A stretch of 32,000 nt of DNA from Alkalicoccus chagannorensis DSM 18086 (GTDB lineage Bacteria; Bacillota; Bacilli; Bacillales; Salisediminibacteriaceae): contig NZ_AUCK01000008.1 of NCBI RefSeq assembly GCF_000429725.1, positions 61,122 to 93,121 of the forward strand. The letters run 5' to 3'. Positions within the stretch are counted from its first letter, which is position 1. Every line of letters begins with the position of its first letter. Below, in pieces: positions 15,598-24,598 of this stretch. A program made the translations under genes and the position numbers. The notes below the pieces were generated by a model. That model did no database searches. It saw only the letters and a list, made by a program, of their open reading frames with translations, and was not told the DNA's origin.

Positions 15598-16065
15598 ATG
15601 AGAAAGATGTTCCAGTATTTAAAGAACCAGCGCGGGTTAACGTTGATCGAACTGCTTGCGGTCATCATCATCCTCGGTATCATCGCTGCGATTGCCGTTC
15701 CGGCGATCGGCGGTCTGATTGACAACTCACGAGAGGATGCCCACATTGCCAATGCAGAGACAGCTGTGGATGCAGCCAGGCTGGCATCGATTAGTGAGAA
15801 CGAAGAGACAGGGCAATTTGATGTAGTTGTTGATGATGATAATGATGGTGATATTAATCTTGTAGATGCAGGATACATTGAGAGTATACCTGAAGACCCT
15901 GAAAATAATGGTTACGAGGAATTCTATGTAACTATCAACGACGAAGGTGACTACACTGTTACAATGGGTAACAATGGAGATAACAATATTTTCAATGAAG
16001 TTTCTATTGAAACCATCCGCGAGGATGGGCGAGGTGCTATCGGCGCCGACGAAAGCGATGACTAG
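15598..16065 (+). CDS. pilA: Type IV (major) pilin, class III signal peptide
   Basis: MRKMFQYLKNQRG|LTLIELLAVIIILGIIAAIAVPA shows Gly at -1, Glu at +5 and a hydrophobic alpha1-N helix. The C-terminal domain is acidic and lacks Cys. RBS is GAAGGAG. Confidence 0.9.
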   Translation: MRKMFQYLKNQRGLTLIELLAVIIILGIIAAIAVPAIGGLIDNSREDAHIANAETAVDAARLASISENEETGQFDVVVDDDNDGDINLVDAGYIESIPEDPENNGYEEFYVTINDEGDYTVTMGNNGDNNIFNEVSIETIREDGRGAIGADESDD

Positions 16066-16080
16066 GAGTAACTTCTAATT

Positions 16081-16125
16081 AACACAGTGTTCCGGCTCCT
16101 GACCCGGGACACTGTGTTTTTTTAT
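16081..16125 (+). terminator. Strong intrinsic terminator after the pilin gene
   Basis: ACACAGTGTTCC ... GGGACACTGTGT stem followed by T7. Confidence 0.85.
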
Positions 16126-16154
16126 CAAAAAAGCACTTGTCCCTCTTTTTACGG

Positions 16155-16183
16155 TTTCTTCTCCTCTCCAAAAAAGCTATAAT
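16155..16183 (+). promoter_or_regulatory. Possible internal promoter for pilD-pilMNO
   Basis: A perfect TATAAT lies at 16178-16183, but the -35 is poor (TTTCTT). Confidence 0.3.
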
Positions 16184-16219
16184 AGGAAATAAGTGTAACA
16201 GCGTGGGTGGAGGTGCCGC

Positions 16220-16987
16220 ATGGAGTGGTTCTGGTACATATACATAGGCACGGCCGGACTCGCGCTCGGGTCCTTTTATAATGTGATGGGCCTGCGCTGG
16301 ACGCAGGGCGAATCGGTCGTGCATCCCCGCTCGGCTTGCCCCTCCTGCGGACATACGCTCCGAACCGGGGAGCTGATTCCGGTGTTTTCCTACCTCGTGC
16401 AGCGGGGACGCTGCCGCAGCTGCGGCAGCCGGATCTCGCCGATGTACCCGGGCATCGAGCTGCTGACCGGCCTGCTGTTTCTGGCTGCGGCCGTCTCCAC
16501 CGGCCTCACGTGGGAACTTCCGGTCGCCCTGCTGCTGATATCGATGCTGATGGTCTCGATCGTGACGGACCTTACCGAAACGTTGATTTTAGACAGGGTG
16601 CTTCTTCTTTTCGGCGTACCGCTGCTGATCCTCCGCCTGACTGCAGCCTCACTCGAGCCCTGGTGGGACGCCCTGCTCGGGGCCGGCGCGGGATTTACGC
16701 TGCTGCTGCTGATTGCCATTCTATCGAAAGGCGGCATGGGCGGAGGGGATATCAAGCTGTATGCCGTACTCGGTGCAGCGCTCGGCTTCGTTCCGATGCT
16801 GCTGTCGCTGTTTCTCGCTGCGCTCTTCGGCCTCGCGGGAACCCTCCTGCTGCACGCGAAGCAGAGGATACAACGGAAGATGGAAGTGCCGTTCGGACCG
16901 TACATCGCCGCCGGCGCGGTCACCGCTTATTTTTTCGGCAGTGATCTGCTGCAGTGGTATACTGGACTTCTGACGATGGGACAATAG
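16220..16987 (+). CDS. pilD: Prepilin peptidase / N-methyltransferase (A24 family)
   Basis: CPSCGHTL...CRSCGSRIS zinc-type Cys pairs, GGGDIKLYAVLGAALG (catalytic Asp), and polytopic membrane topology. It occupies the positional equivalent of B. subtilis comC. Confidence 0.92.
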   Translation: MEWFWYIYIGTAGLALGSFYNVMGLRWTQGESVVHPRSACPSCGHTLRTGELIPVFSYLVQRGRCRSCGSRISPMYPGIELLTGLLFLAAAVSTGLTWELPVALLLISMLMVSIVTDLTETLILDRVLLLFGVPLLILRLTAASLEPWWDALLGAGAGFTLLLLIAILSKGGMGGGDIKLYAVLGAALGFVPMLLSLFLAALFGLAGTLLLHAKQRIQRKMEVPFGPYIAAGAVTAYFFGSDLLQWYTGLLTMGQ

Positions 16988-17015
16988 ATCTTGGAGAAAA
17001 GGACGCGGATACAAC

Positions 17016-17996
17016 ATGAGAAACCTATTTTCAAAAAGCCGGCATGCGATCATCATTACCGATCATGTGCTTCGTTATGCTGAGGTGAGAAACCAGTCGC
17101 TGGATCACATCAACACGGCTGCGGAACGCTACATACCCGAAGGTGTCATGGTCCATGGACAGATCAAGGAAGTAGATACCCTGCTGTCGCTCTTGCAGGA
17201 CTGCGTGGAAGAATGGGGCCTGAAAGGGAAAGAAGTGATGTTCACGCTTCCTGATACCCAGGTCCTCGTCCGACGGCACACCATCCCGATGGATGTCGAG
17301 GAGGATCATATTCTCGGACATCTCTATATGCAGCTCGGCGAAACGCTGCACCTGCCGATTGAGCAGCCCGTGTTCGACTGGTACGAGATAGAACGGGATG
17401 AAGAAAAGCGGGATGTGCTGCTGTTTGCGGCTCCGGAACCGACCGTGACGACGATTGCACGACTGATGCGGGAAGTGAAGATGAAGCCGCGCGCGGCGGA
17501 TCTATCGGCGCTCAGCCTGTATCGGTTTTATGATACGTGGCTCGGAGAAGAAACGCCGAGTCATGTCATGCAGATGCAGGTGTTTCCGGACGCGTTTCAC
17601 GTATCGATTTTTCATGACGGCCTTCCGCTGATTGTCCGCACGATGAACCTGCAGACATCGATGGAAGACTGGGAAGTCAATCCCCATGACGATGACCCGA
17701 TCCAGTGGAACGGACCGCCGGAGAAGGTGTTCAGTTCCTGGAAAGATGCGGTAGGCGAACTGAACAAGCTCCTCCATTTTTATCAATTTAACTATCAGCA
17801 TGGAGAAGCCGCTGTGTCCCGTATCCGGATCAGCGGGGACCATCCGTATCTCGAACGAATCATTGAAGATCTGCGTGCGTCGGTAGATCTCCCTGTCGAC
17901 TATCTTTATGAGTCGGAATGGAAGACGAGTCAGGGCCACGGGCTGGAGACGAAATACTATCCTGCCGTCGGGCTCGCGCTGAAGAATGAGGTGTAG
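17016..17996 (+). CDS. pilM: Type IV pilus assembly protein PilM (actin-like ATPase fold)
   Basis: Its size, its position before pilN/pilO, and an N-terminal pattern (..PEGVMVHGQIKEVDTLLSLLQDCVEEWGLKGKEVMFTLPDTQVLVRRHTIP) typical of PilM. Confidence 0.78.
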   Translation: MRNLFSKSRHAIIITDHVLRYAEVRNQSLDHINTAAERYIPEGVMVHGQIKEVDTLLSLLQDCVEEWGLKGKEVMFTLPDTQVLVRRHTIPMDVEEDHILGHLYMQLGETLHLPIEQPVFDWYEIERDEEKRDVLLFAAPEPTVTTIARLMREVKMKPRAADLSALSLYRFYDTWLGEETPSHVMQMQVFPDAFHVSIFHDGLPLIVRTMNLQTSMEDWEVNPHDDDPIQWNGPPEKVFSSWKDAVGELNKLLHFYQFNYQHGEAAVSRIRISGDHPYLERIIEDLRASVDLPVDYLYESEWKTSQGHGLETKYYPAVGLALKNEV

Positions 17997-17998
17997 TC

Positions 17999-18616
17999 AT
18001 GCGCGTAGAAATTAATTTACTGCCGCAGAAACGTAAACGATCCGGATCGCTGCCGGTCATTCTCGCTGCGCTGCTGCTCGCAGCCGTGATGATTATCTTC
18101 ACGATGTTTTCCCTGTCCCAGTCGATCGAAAATGACCGGACCGCATCGGAAGAAGAGCTGCAGGAACTGCAGATGGAGACAACGGAACTTGAAAATCAAA
18201 TCACAGAACTGCAGAATCCGGAACAGGAAGAGCTGCAGGCGAGAATGGATGAGCTGGATGATAAAATCGTTCCTGTCTCCGTTGTTCTGGATGAAGTCGT
18301 GGCACGAATGCCCGAAGAGTCTGTGATGACGCTGTTCGACTATGTGTTTCCGGATGAAATCATCATGGAAGCGATTATCCTGAGCGTCCCGGACATCGCA
18401 CGCTATCAGCATGCGCTGGAGGATTCACCAATGATTCAGCGGGCGGAAGTGGACACGGTGCTCGGAGAAGAAATCCTGGAAGAGCTGGAGGAAGATATTT
18501 TCTGGTATGAAGACTACCTTCCCCAGTATTTTACAACGTTCGAAATCACGCTTCATCCGGATGCCGTGAGAGCGTTTGAAGAAGAACCAGAGGAAGACGA
18601 GGTGGAGCTGCCATGA
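17999..18616 (+). CDS. pilN: Type IV pilus assembly protein PilN
   Basis: MRVEINLLPQKRK (the INLLP signature), one TM helix, then a coiled coil. The C-terminus is acidic. Confidence 0.75.
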   Translation: MRVEINLLPQKRKRSGSLPVILAALLLAAVMIIFTMFSLSQSIENDRTASEEELQELQMETTELENQITELQNPEQEELQARMDELDDKIVPVSVVLDEVVARMPEESVMTLFDYVFPDEIIMEAIILSVPDIARYQHALEDSPMIQRAEVDTVLGEEILEELEEDIFWYEDYLPQYFTTFEITLHPDAVRAFEEEPEEDEVELP

Positions 18617-19467
18617 TGAACAAGCGCAGAGACAAGATTCTCGTCATTCTGAGTGCCGTGCTCGTAGCCGTCGGCCTCCTCTTTCTGTATTTTCAGATGA
18701 TCCAGCCCGAGCTCGACGAAAGGGAAGCGACGGAAGAGGAGCTGGAATCAGAAACCCAGTATGCAGCGGAGCTGGAAGCTCAGCTGGAAGAAGAAATGGA
18801 AGAAGCGGCGGAGCGGAGCGACCTTACGACAGAACACCAGCGCCGGCTGCCTGTCGTCCGTCTCACCGATCAGTTTCTGCTGGATTTGAGCATGGCGGAA
18901 GAATTATCCGAAGTGAGGATCATGGATATCGATATGACCTATGATCAGCCGGTCTATACGTACGAGACGACGGAAGTATCCGACTCTTCCGATCCGCCTG
19001 CAGCGCGGACGGATATCGACGACGTCCGTGAAGAAGAACCCGAAGAAGATGAAGAGCTCGTCGGCACCGATGACGACGTCGATGCGGAAGATACAGAAAT
19101 CGAGTCGGATCTCGAAGACCGGGAAGAAGAGACAGCCGATGCAGATGAAGCTGAACGCGGAGCGGTTCAAGGAGACGAAATCGACGGTGTGCGCCGGCAG
19201 ACGGCGCTCATCGAACTGAAGGTCAACACGTATGACCACCTGAGCGGCTTTCTCGAAGAAGTCGATGCGCTCGTGCGCGACGTGAACATTGATTCCATTC
19301 TGTTTCTCGGTCAGGATTCGGACCGGATCTTTGACGGCGAGTCCGACATCTTTTTTGAAGTAGAAGTATCTTCTTATTACTATCCGGAGCTGGAAGAGTT
19401 GGAACCGGAAGCTCCGATCGTTGACTATCCGGAAGACGAAGACCGGGATTCCCCATTCGGTGAGTAA
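18613..19467 (+). CDS. pilO: Type IV pilus assembly protein PilO-like, with an acidic insert of about 70 aa
   Basis: An N-terminal TM helix (ILVILSAVLVAVGLLFLYF) is followed by a coiled coil. ATGA overlap with pilN (18613-18616). The call rests on position and architecture. Confidence 0.6.
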   Translation: MMNKRRDKILVILSAVLVAVGLLFLYFQMIQPELDEREATEEELESETQYAAELEAQLEEEMEEAAERSDLTTEHQRRLPVVRLTDQFLLDLSMAEELSEVRIMDIDMTYDQPVYTYETTEVSDSSDPPAARTDIDDVREEEPEEDEELVGTDDDVDAEDTEIESDLEDREEETADADEAERGAVQGDEIDGVRRQTALIELKVNTYDHLSGFLEEVDALVRDVNIDSILFLGQDSDRIFDGESDIFFEVEVSSYYYPELEELEPEAPIVDYPEDEDRDSPFGE

Positions 19468-19513
19468 AAGGAGAACATTCATTCGATTTTTGCTGTTTTT
19501 TTAGAGAAGATGT

Positions 19514-19545
19514 GGTATGTTTTAACATACCCTCTTCTTTTTTTA
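19514..19545 (+). terminator. Terminator after the pil operon
   Basis: GGTATGT/ACATACC hairpin followed by CTCTTCTTTTTTT. Confidence 0.55.
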
Positions 19546-19690
19546 TCGGACAACCATGGTGCCGTGCTCCCCCGCATGCGGGCAGAAGCTGTGTCTGAAG
19601 CAGAAAAGGCCGTCGTGCCTGTTCTTTCTGCCGGCAATGACGGTAGTACCAAGGTTGGTCCTCCAATCCAGAAAGAGAGGGGCAGTAACC

Positions 19691-20257
19691 ATGAAACAGC
19701 TTATTCTGGCATCCGAGTCCCCGAGAAGAAGAATCCTCCTGGACCAGGCAGGACTGACGTATGACATCAGGCCGAGTGGGGCTGATGAGCGTATTCCGGA
19801 TGACCTGTCCGCTGCCGAAGCAGCCTCCCTGCTGGCGGAAAGAAAGGCGGCAGCCGTTCATGCGGATGCAGAAGGCGGAGCCGTCGTGCTCGGCGCAGAC
19901 ACCATCGTCGCCTGTGACGGCAGGATGATGGGGAAGCCTGCGGATGATGACGAGGCAGAAAACATGCTGCGCTATTTATCCGGCAGGACACATCAGGTAC
20001 ATACCGGAGCAGCCGTACTATCCGGTATGGGGAAAACGGTGTTTACAGAAACAGTCGATGTGACATTTTATCCTCTGACAGATGTAGAAATAAAACGATA
20101 TATCGCTTCAAACGAACCGGCGGACAAAGCCGGAGCCTATGGGATTCAAGGTCTTGGAGCTGTTCTTGTGAAGCGGATCCACGGCGACTATTATGCGGTC
20201 GTCGGGCTGCCGCTCGGAAGGGTTGTTCGTGTGCTGCAATCACACGGCATAACGTAA
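19691..20257 (+). CDS. maf: Maf-like nucleoside triphosphate pyrophosphatase (septum formation protein)
   Basis: MKQLILASESPRRRILLDQAGL, GADTIV, AGAYGIQG. The ATG at 19691 is preferred, and the track start at 19556 is an extension. Confidence 0.9.
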   Translation: MKQLILASESPRRRILLDQAGLTYDIRPSGADERIPDDLSAAEAASLLAERKAAAVHADAEGGAVVLGADTIVACDGRMMGKPADDDEAENMLRYLSGRTHQVHTGAAVLSGMGKTVFTETVDVTFYPLTDVEIKRYIASNEPADKAGAYGIQGLGAVLVKRIHGDYYAVVGLPLGRVVRVLQSHGIT

Positions 20258-20279
20258 CGGCCGTAAGAGGAGGTCCTGC

Positions 20280-20969
20280 ATGAATCAACCGATGATGGTG
20301 AAAGACGTACCGATGAGTGAACGCCCGAGAGAGAGGCTTCTGCGCGAAGGAGCAGAGCATCTTTCCAATCAGGAGCTCGTTGCCCTGCTCCTTGGATCGG
20401 GTTCGAGAGAGGAATCGGTCATCCAGCTGGCCGGAAGAGTCCTGCACCAGTTTGATGGATTAAAGCTGCTGAAGGAGACGACGGCGGCCGAACTGATGGA
20501 AATCAGAGGCATCGGCGAGGCCAAGGCCGTCCAGCTGAAAGCAGCCCTGGAACTGGGACGGCGCATCAAGCAGTATCCCGTCGAGGAAACCCACGTGATC
20601 CGCTCCCCGCAGGATGTAGCGGATTATATGATGGAGGACATGCGGCACTTGAAGCAGGAACATTTCGTTGCACTCTACCTGAATACGAAAAATGCCGTAC
20701 TTCACAAGAAAACGCTCTTTATCGGAAGTTTGAATTCGAGCCTCGTGCACCCGAGGGAAGTATATAAAGAAGCGCTCCGCTATTCGAGCGCCTCCTTCAT
20801 CTGTCTGCATAATCATCCTTCCGGTAACCCAGAGCCGAGCCGAGAGGATATCGATGTTACGAGGCGCCTCCACGAGGCCGGGAAAACGCTCGGTGTCGAC
20901 ATGCTCGATCATGTCATTATCGGAGACAGACAGTTCTGTTCGATGAAAGAGAAAGGCTACATGGGATAA
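20280..20969 (+). CDS. radC: RadC/YsxA family JAMM-motif protein
   Basis: An HhH-type N-terminus (ERPRERLLREGAEHLSNQELVALLLGSG) and the HNHPSGNPEPSREDI JAMM motif. Confidence 0.9.
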   Translation: MNQPMMVKDVPMSERPRERLLREGAEHLSNQELVALLLGSGSREESVIQLAGRVLHQFDGLKLLKETTAAELMEIRGIGEAKAVQLKAALELGRRIKQYPVEETHVIRSPQDVADYMMEDMRHLKQEHFVALYLNTKNAVLHKKTLFIGSLNSSLVHPREVYKEALRYSSASFICLHNHPSGNPEPSREDIDVTRRLHEAGKTLGVDMLDHVIIGDRQFCSMKEKGYMG

Positions 20970-21027
20970 CAGCAGCAGGCCCCCGCAGCGTCTTCAGGCG
21001 CGCCGCAGTGAGAGCGGGCCCGGAAGG

Positions 21028-21060
21028 AACCGTCTCCAGTACTTGGAAGACGGTTTCTTG
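21028..21060 (+). terminator. Terminator after radC
   Basis: AACCGTCTCC / GGAAGACGGTT form a 10 bp stem with a 1-nt bulge, and the tail is TTTCTTG. Confidence 0.55.
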
Positions 21061-21282
21061 TGCATAGGCAGCACAGGAATGACGTCCCCGGAGCAGGCAG
21101 GCGTTTCCTTTACCATCTGACACGATCAGGCAGCTGCAGCAGGCCCGGTGTGCTTCCCATGCCCGTGCTGCAGGGCCGTTCACACCCCGGCACAAGGCTT
21201 GCGGGAGGCGGGTGTACATATACATAGATACAGCGCTGTGTTAGGATAAAATAAGGATTTTTGTGAGTATTGCGGAAAACGC

Positions 21283-21311
21283 TACTCAAGCCGTGCTCGA
21301 TTCAGTATAAT
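21283..21311 (+). promoter_or_regulatory. Possible mreB promoter
   Basis: A perfect TATAAT lies at 21306-21311. The -35 is weak (TACTCA at 17-nt spacing). Confidence 0.3.
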
Positions 21312-21362
21312 GAATACTATCGGCTGTTTACCGTATTTAGAAGTTGAAGGGAGATTACATAG

Positions 21363-22403
21363 ATGTTCGGAGGATTCTCAAAAGATTTAGGTATTGACCT
21401 CGGCACGGCCAATACGTTGGTATATGTAAGAGGAAAAGGAGTGATTCTGCGCGAACCGTCCGTGGTCGCGATCCGTTCCGACACGGGACGCATCGAAGCC
21501 GTCGGAAGCGATGCGAAAAGCATGATCGGCAGAACGCCGGGCAACATTGCAGCCATTCGTCCAATGAAAGACGGCGTGATTGCGGATTTTGATACAACAT
21601 CGACCATGATGAAGCATTTCATTCAGCTTGCTTTGAAAAAACGTTCCATGCTCGCAAGAAAGCCGAACGTGATGGTCTGTGTTCCATCCGGTATCACATC
21701 GGTGGAAAAACGGGCTGTGGAAGACGCTACGAAACAGGCGGGCGCCCGGGAAGCCTATACGATCGAGGAACCATTCGCTGCTGCGATTGGCGCCGACCTG
21801 CCCGTATGGGAGCCGACCGGCAGCATGATCGTTGATATCGGCGGCGGAACGACGGAAGTTGCCATCATTTCCCTCGGCGGCATTGTGACGAGCCAGTCTG
21901 TCCGGATCGCTGGGGACGAAATGGATGAAGCAATCATACAGTACATCAAAAAGACGTACAACCTCATGATTGGGGAGCGTACCGCCGAATCGGTGAAGTT
22001 TACAATCGGAACAGCGGACGGCTCCAATGGCGAGGAAACCATGGACATCCGTGGACGGGATCTTGTGAGCGGCCTTCCGCAGACGATCTCCATTCAGGCG
22101 AAAGAAATAGCAGGAGCACTGCTGGAAACGGTCGAAGCGATTACGGCAGCGGTGAAAAACACGCTTGAAGAAGCACCGCCTGAGCTGTCCGCTGATATCA
22201 TGGACCGGGGCATCGTCCTCACCGGCGGCGGGGCACTGCTGCGGAATTTGGATAAAGTGCTGAGTGATGAAACGAACATGCCGGTGCATACGGCAGAAGA
22301 ACCGCTCGACAGTGTCGCAGCCGGGACCGGTAAAGCGCTGGAAAATCTTCACCTGTTTCATTCCAAAGCAGGAATTACTGCACGATCGAATCGAAAAGCA
22401 TAA
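21363..22403 (+). CDS. mreB: Rod shape-determining actin homolog MreB
   Basis: [62 protein letters not shown]. Confidence 0.97.
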   Translation: MFGGFSKDLGIDLGTANTLVYVRGKGVILREPSVVAIRSDTGRIEAVGSDAKSMIGRTPGNIAAIRPMKDGVIADFDTTSTMMKHFIQLALKKRSMLARKPNVMVCVPSGITSVEKRAVEDATKQAGAREAYTIEEPFAAAIGADLPVWEPTGSMIVDIGGGTTEVAIISLGGIVTSQSVRIAGDEMDEAIIQYIKKTYNLMIGERTAESVKFTIGTADGSNGEETMDIRGRDLVSGLPQTISIQAKEIAGALLETVEAITAAVKNTLEEAPPELSADIMDRGIVLTGGGALLRNLDKVLSDETNMPVHTAEEPLDSVAAGTGKALENLHLFHSKAGITARSNRKA

Positions 22404-22416
22404 GTAGGTGCCAATC

Positions 22417-23325
22417 ATGTCTTTTTTTTCTAACAGGCGCTTAATTGTACTGCTCGTCTGCCTCATTTTTCTCGTAGGCCTCGTCGGGTATTCCTTGAGC
22501 GATCAGCGGACGACCACCTGGCCGGAGCAGTTCGTGCAGGATGCTGCGGGAACGGTCCAATCGCTGTTCTCCCGACCGTCCTACATGATCTCTGGTGCGG
22601 TGGATGCAGTGCAGGAAGTACGCTACGTATATGAAGAAAATCAAATGCTCCGTGCGCACCTCGATGAGTATGCCTCGATGCGGGTGGAGCTCTCGGAACT
22701 GCAGCGGAGGAACGAAGAGCTGCAGGGGATGATCGACCAGGAACAGGATCTGCTCGATTATACGCCCCGGCAGGCGATGGTCATCCATCGATCTCCGGAC
22801 CGGTGGAACGAAGCAGTCGGGTTGAATAAAGGCGCGCAGGACGGCGTCGAGTCAGATATGGCGGTAGTGACTTCCCAGGGGCTGATCGGGAAAATCGATG
22901 AAGTCTCCCAGTTCTCGTCGACGGTCCAGCTTCTGAGCGACACGGATGTCACGAACAGAATTTCCGCCATGGCCGATGCGGAGGAGACCGTCTATGGGTT
23001 TATTGAAGGCATCGACGGTGAATCCGGATATTTGCGATTTACGAAAATTGATATTGATGTTGAAATAGAAGAAGGTCAGACGGTAGCGACATCCGGACTC
23101 GGCGGCATTTTCCCCGACGGTCTTCTGATCGGAGAGATTGTGGATGTCCAGACCGATGAATACGGACTGAGCCAGACAGCACTCGTAGAACCTGCCGCAG
23201 ACTTTTACCATCTCGATTATGTCACGATCATCGAGCGTGATGCCGACTCCCTGGATGAGCCTTTGGAAGATGATGAGCTGGAAGACGTGATGGAAGAGAT
23301 GCAGGAAGAGGGGGATGAGGAATGA
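22417..23325 (+). CDS. mreC: Rod shape-determining protein MreC with an acidic C-terminal tail
   Basis: An N-terminal TM helix, a coiled coil (ELQRRNEELQGMIDQEQ) and a beta-barrel region (VVTSQGLIGKIDEVS). The ATG at 22417 follows AGTAGGTG. The track GTG at 22408 is less likely. Confidence 0.9.
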   Translation: MSFFSNRRLIVLLVCLIFLVGLVGYSLSDQRTTTWPEQFVQDAAGTVQSLFSRPSYMISGAVDAVQEVRYVYEENQMLRAHLDEYASMRVELSELQRRNEELQGMIDQEQDLLDYTPRQAMVIHRSPDRWNEAVGLNKGAQDGVESDMAVVTSQGLIGKIDEVSQFSSTVQLLSDTDVTNRISAMADAEETVYGFIEGIDGESGYLRFTKIDIDVEIEEGQTVATSGLGGIFPDGLLIGEIVDVQTDEYGLSQTALVEPAADFYHLDYVTIIERDADSLDEPLEDDELEDVMEEMQEEGDEE

Positions 23326-23840
23326 GCCGGTATATCATTCCTGTCCTTCTTTTTATCCTCTTCGTCATGGAAGGGACGGTATTTCAAATCTTTGCTCCCG
23401 GCAGGGGAGCTGACTCCTGGCAGCTGATTCCAAGATTCATGCTGATCGGTATTCTGTTTGTCGGTATCTTCCGCGGAAGGAGCCACAGCATTTTTTACGC
23501 CGTGCTGTTCGGCGCATTGTATGACATCGTCTACGCGCCGGTGCTCGGAGTAAATACGTTTGGATTCGGGTTCGCTGCCTACTTGTTTTCCATCTCGAAT
23601 TCCTTTATTAAGCGGCGTCCGATGCTGATCGTTCTGCTGATTACAGCCGGGGTCATCCTGGTCGAATATTATATGTACGGATTGATGCTGCTGCTGGGAC
23701 TCACAGAACAACCGCATCAGGAACTGTTTCAGCAGCGTTTTCTACCTAGTTTTATCATGAATGCAGCAGTTGCCGCTGCTGTCGTTTATCCGGTCAGGTG
23801 GTTTTTTTATTCAGTTGATGGGATGGAGGAAGAACGCTGA
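23322..23840 (+). CDS. mreD: Rod shape-determining protein MreD
   Basis: A polytopic hydrophobic protein of 172 aa, with ATGA overlap with mreC and conserved position. Confidence 0.85.
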   Translation: MSRYIIPVLLFILFVMEGTVFQIFAPGRGADSWQLIPRFMLIGILFVGIFRGRSHSIFYAVLFGALYDIVYAPVLGVNTFGFGFAAYLFSISNSFIKRRPMLIVLLITAGVILVEYYMYGLMLLLGLTEQPHQELFQQRFLPSFIMNAAVAAAVVYPVRWFFYSVDGMEEER

Positions 23841-23854
23841 GTGGAGGTGAAGGC

Positions 23855-24547
23855 ATGACAAAGCATGTACAGCAGTATGTTGTTCTCCGAGGGACAAGGC
23901 AGGGCCTTGAACTGAAGCTGGATGACAAGTGTTCTTTTCATCTGCTGATGGAGGAACTGGAACGCACGCTTAAAGAAAAGCAGCAGCAGTTTGCCGCACC
24001 GGAAGGACGGGAACTGCACGTCACGGTCGATGCAGGGTTCCGTTATATCGGACCGGAAGATGAAGCAGCCGTACGGAGACTGCTGGAGGACGAATTCGCT
24101 GTCTCAATCGATGCTTTTGAATCGGATGTACTATCGAAGCAAGAAGCGGAAAACATGCTGAAAGCCCAGAAAATGACGACGATGTACCACGTCCTGCGTT
24201 CCGGCCAGGTAGTGGAGATCGAGGGCAGCGTCCTTCTTATCGGCGACGTGAATCCGGGGGCAGAGATTAAAGCGACCGGCAGTATCTACATCCTCGGCAG
24301 CCTGAAAGGAACAGCGCATGCCGGAACGGAAGGAGAAGTCCGTTCTGTCATCTGTGCCTCATTTATGGATCCCTCGCAGCTGAGAATTGCCCATATCGTC
24401 AGGCACCCTCCCGAAAATGACGAGGAAGAAGTCTGGAGGGGCATTTTTGAGTGTGCCTATGTGAACGAAGAAGGCGTTCTGACGCTGGACCGCTCCGTGA
24501 AATTAAGTGCTCTTCGACCGGAGCATGCAGGTCCTCCCGATGAATAA
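23855..24547 (+). CDS. minC: Septum site-determining protein MinC
   Basis: Its position before minD, and C-terminal beta-helix repeats (LLIGDVNPGAEIKATGSIYILGSLKGTAHAG). RBS is GGAGGTGA. Confidence 0.9.
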   Translation: MTKHVQQYVVLRGTRQGLELKLDDKCSFHLLMEELERTLKEKQQQFAAPEGRELHVTVDAGFRYIGPEDEAAVRRLLEDEFAVSIDAFESDVLSKQEAENMLKAQKMTTMYHVLRSGQVVEIEGSVLLIGDVNPGAEIKATGSIYILGSLKGTAHAGTEGEVRSVICASFMDPSQLRIAHIVRHPPENDEEEVWRGIFECAYVNEEGVLTLDRSVKLSALRPEHAGPPDE

Positions 24548-24598
24548 GAAACGAACATCTGTAATGACACTAGATCGAATCAGAAAGGGGAGAGTGCT

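Noticed and set aside
15399-15878. A 159-aa minus-strand ORF covering the pilin leader and the pilin 5' half
   Set aside because: It overlaps an unmistakable prepilin gene and the structured leader. Its S/T-rich translation has no start context.
20970-21362. The 390-bp GC-rich radC-mreB spacer and its 102-aa minus-strand ORF (20917-21225), considered as a hidden gene or riboswitch
   Set aside because: The ORF overlaps the radC end and is Cys/Arg/Ala-rich nonsense. I found only a terminator (21028-21060) and a possible -10 box, and no recognisable RNA motif.
21387-22466. A 359-aa ORF antisense to mreB. Similar antisense ORFs overlap pilT (12964-13992), pilB (11388-12113), the SBP gene (27038-27958) and pilD (16390-16923, plus 16336-16944 in an alternative frame)
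   Set aside because: All are embedded in strongly supported genes on the other strand or frame, and none has motifs or an RBS.
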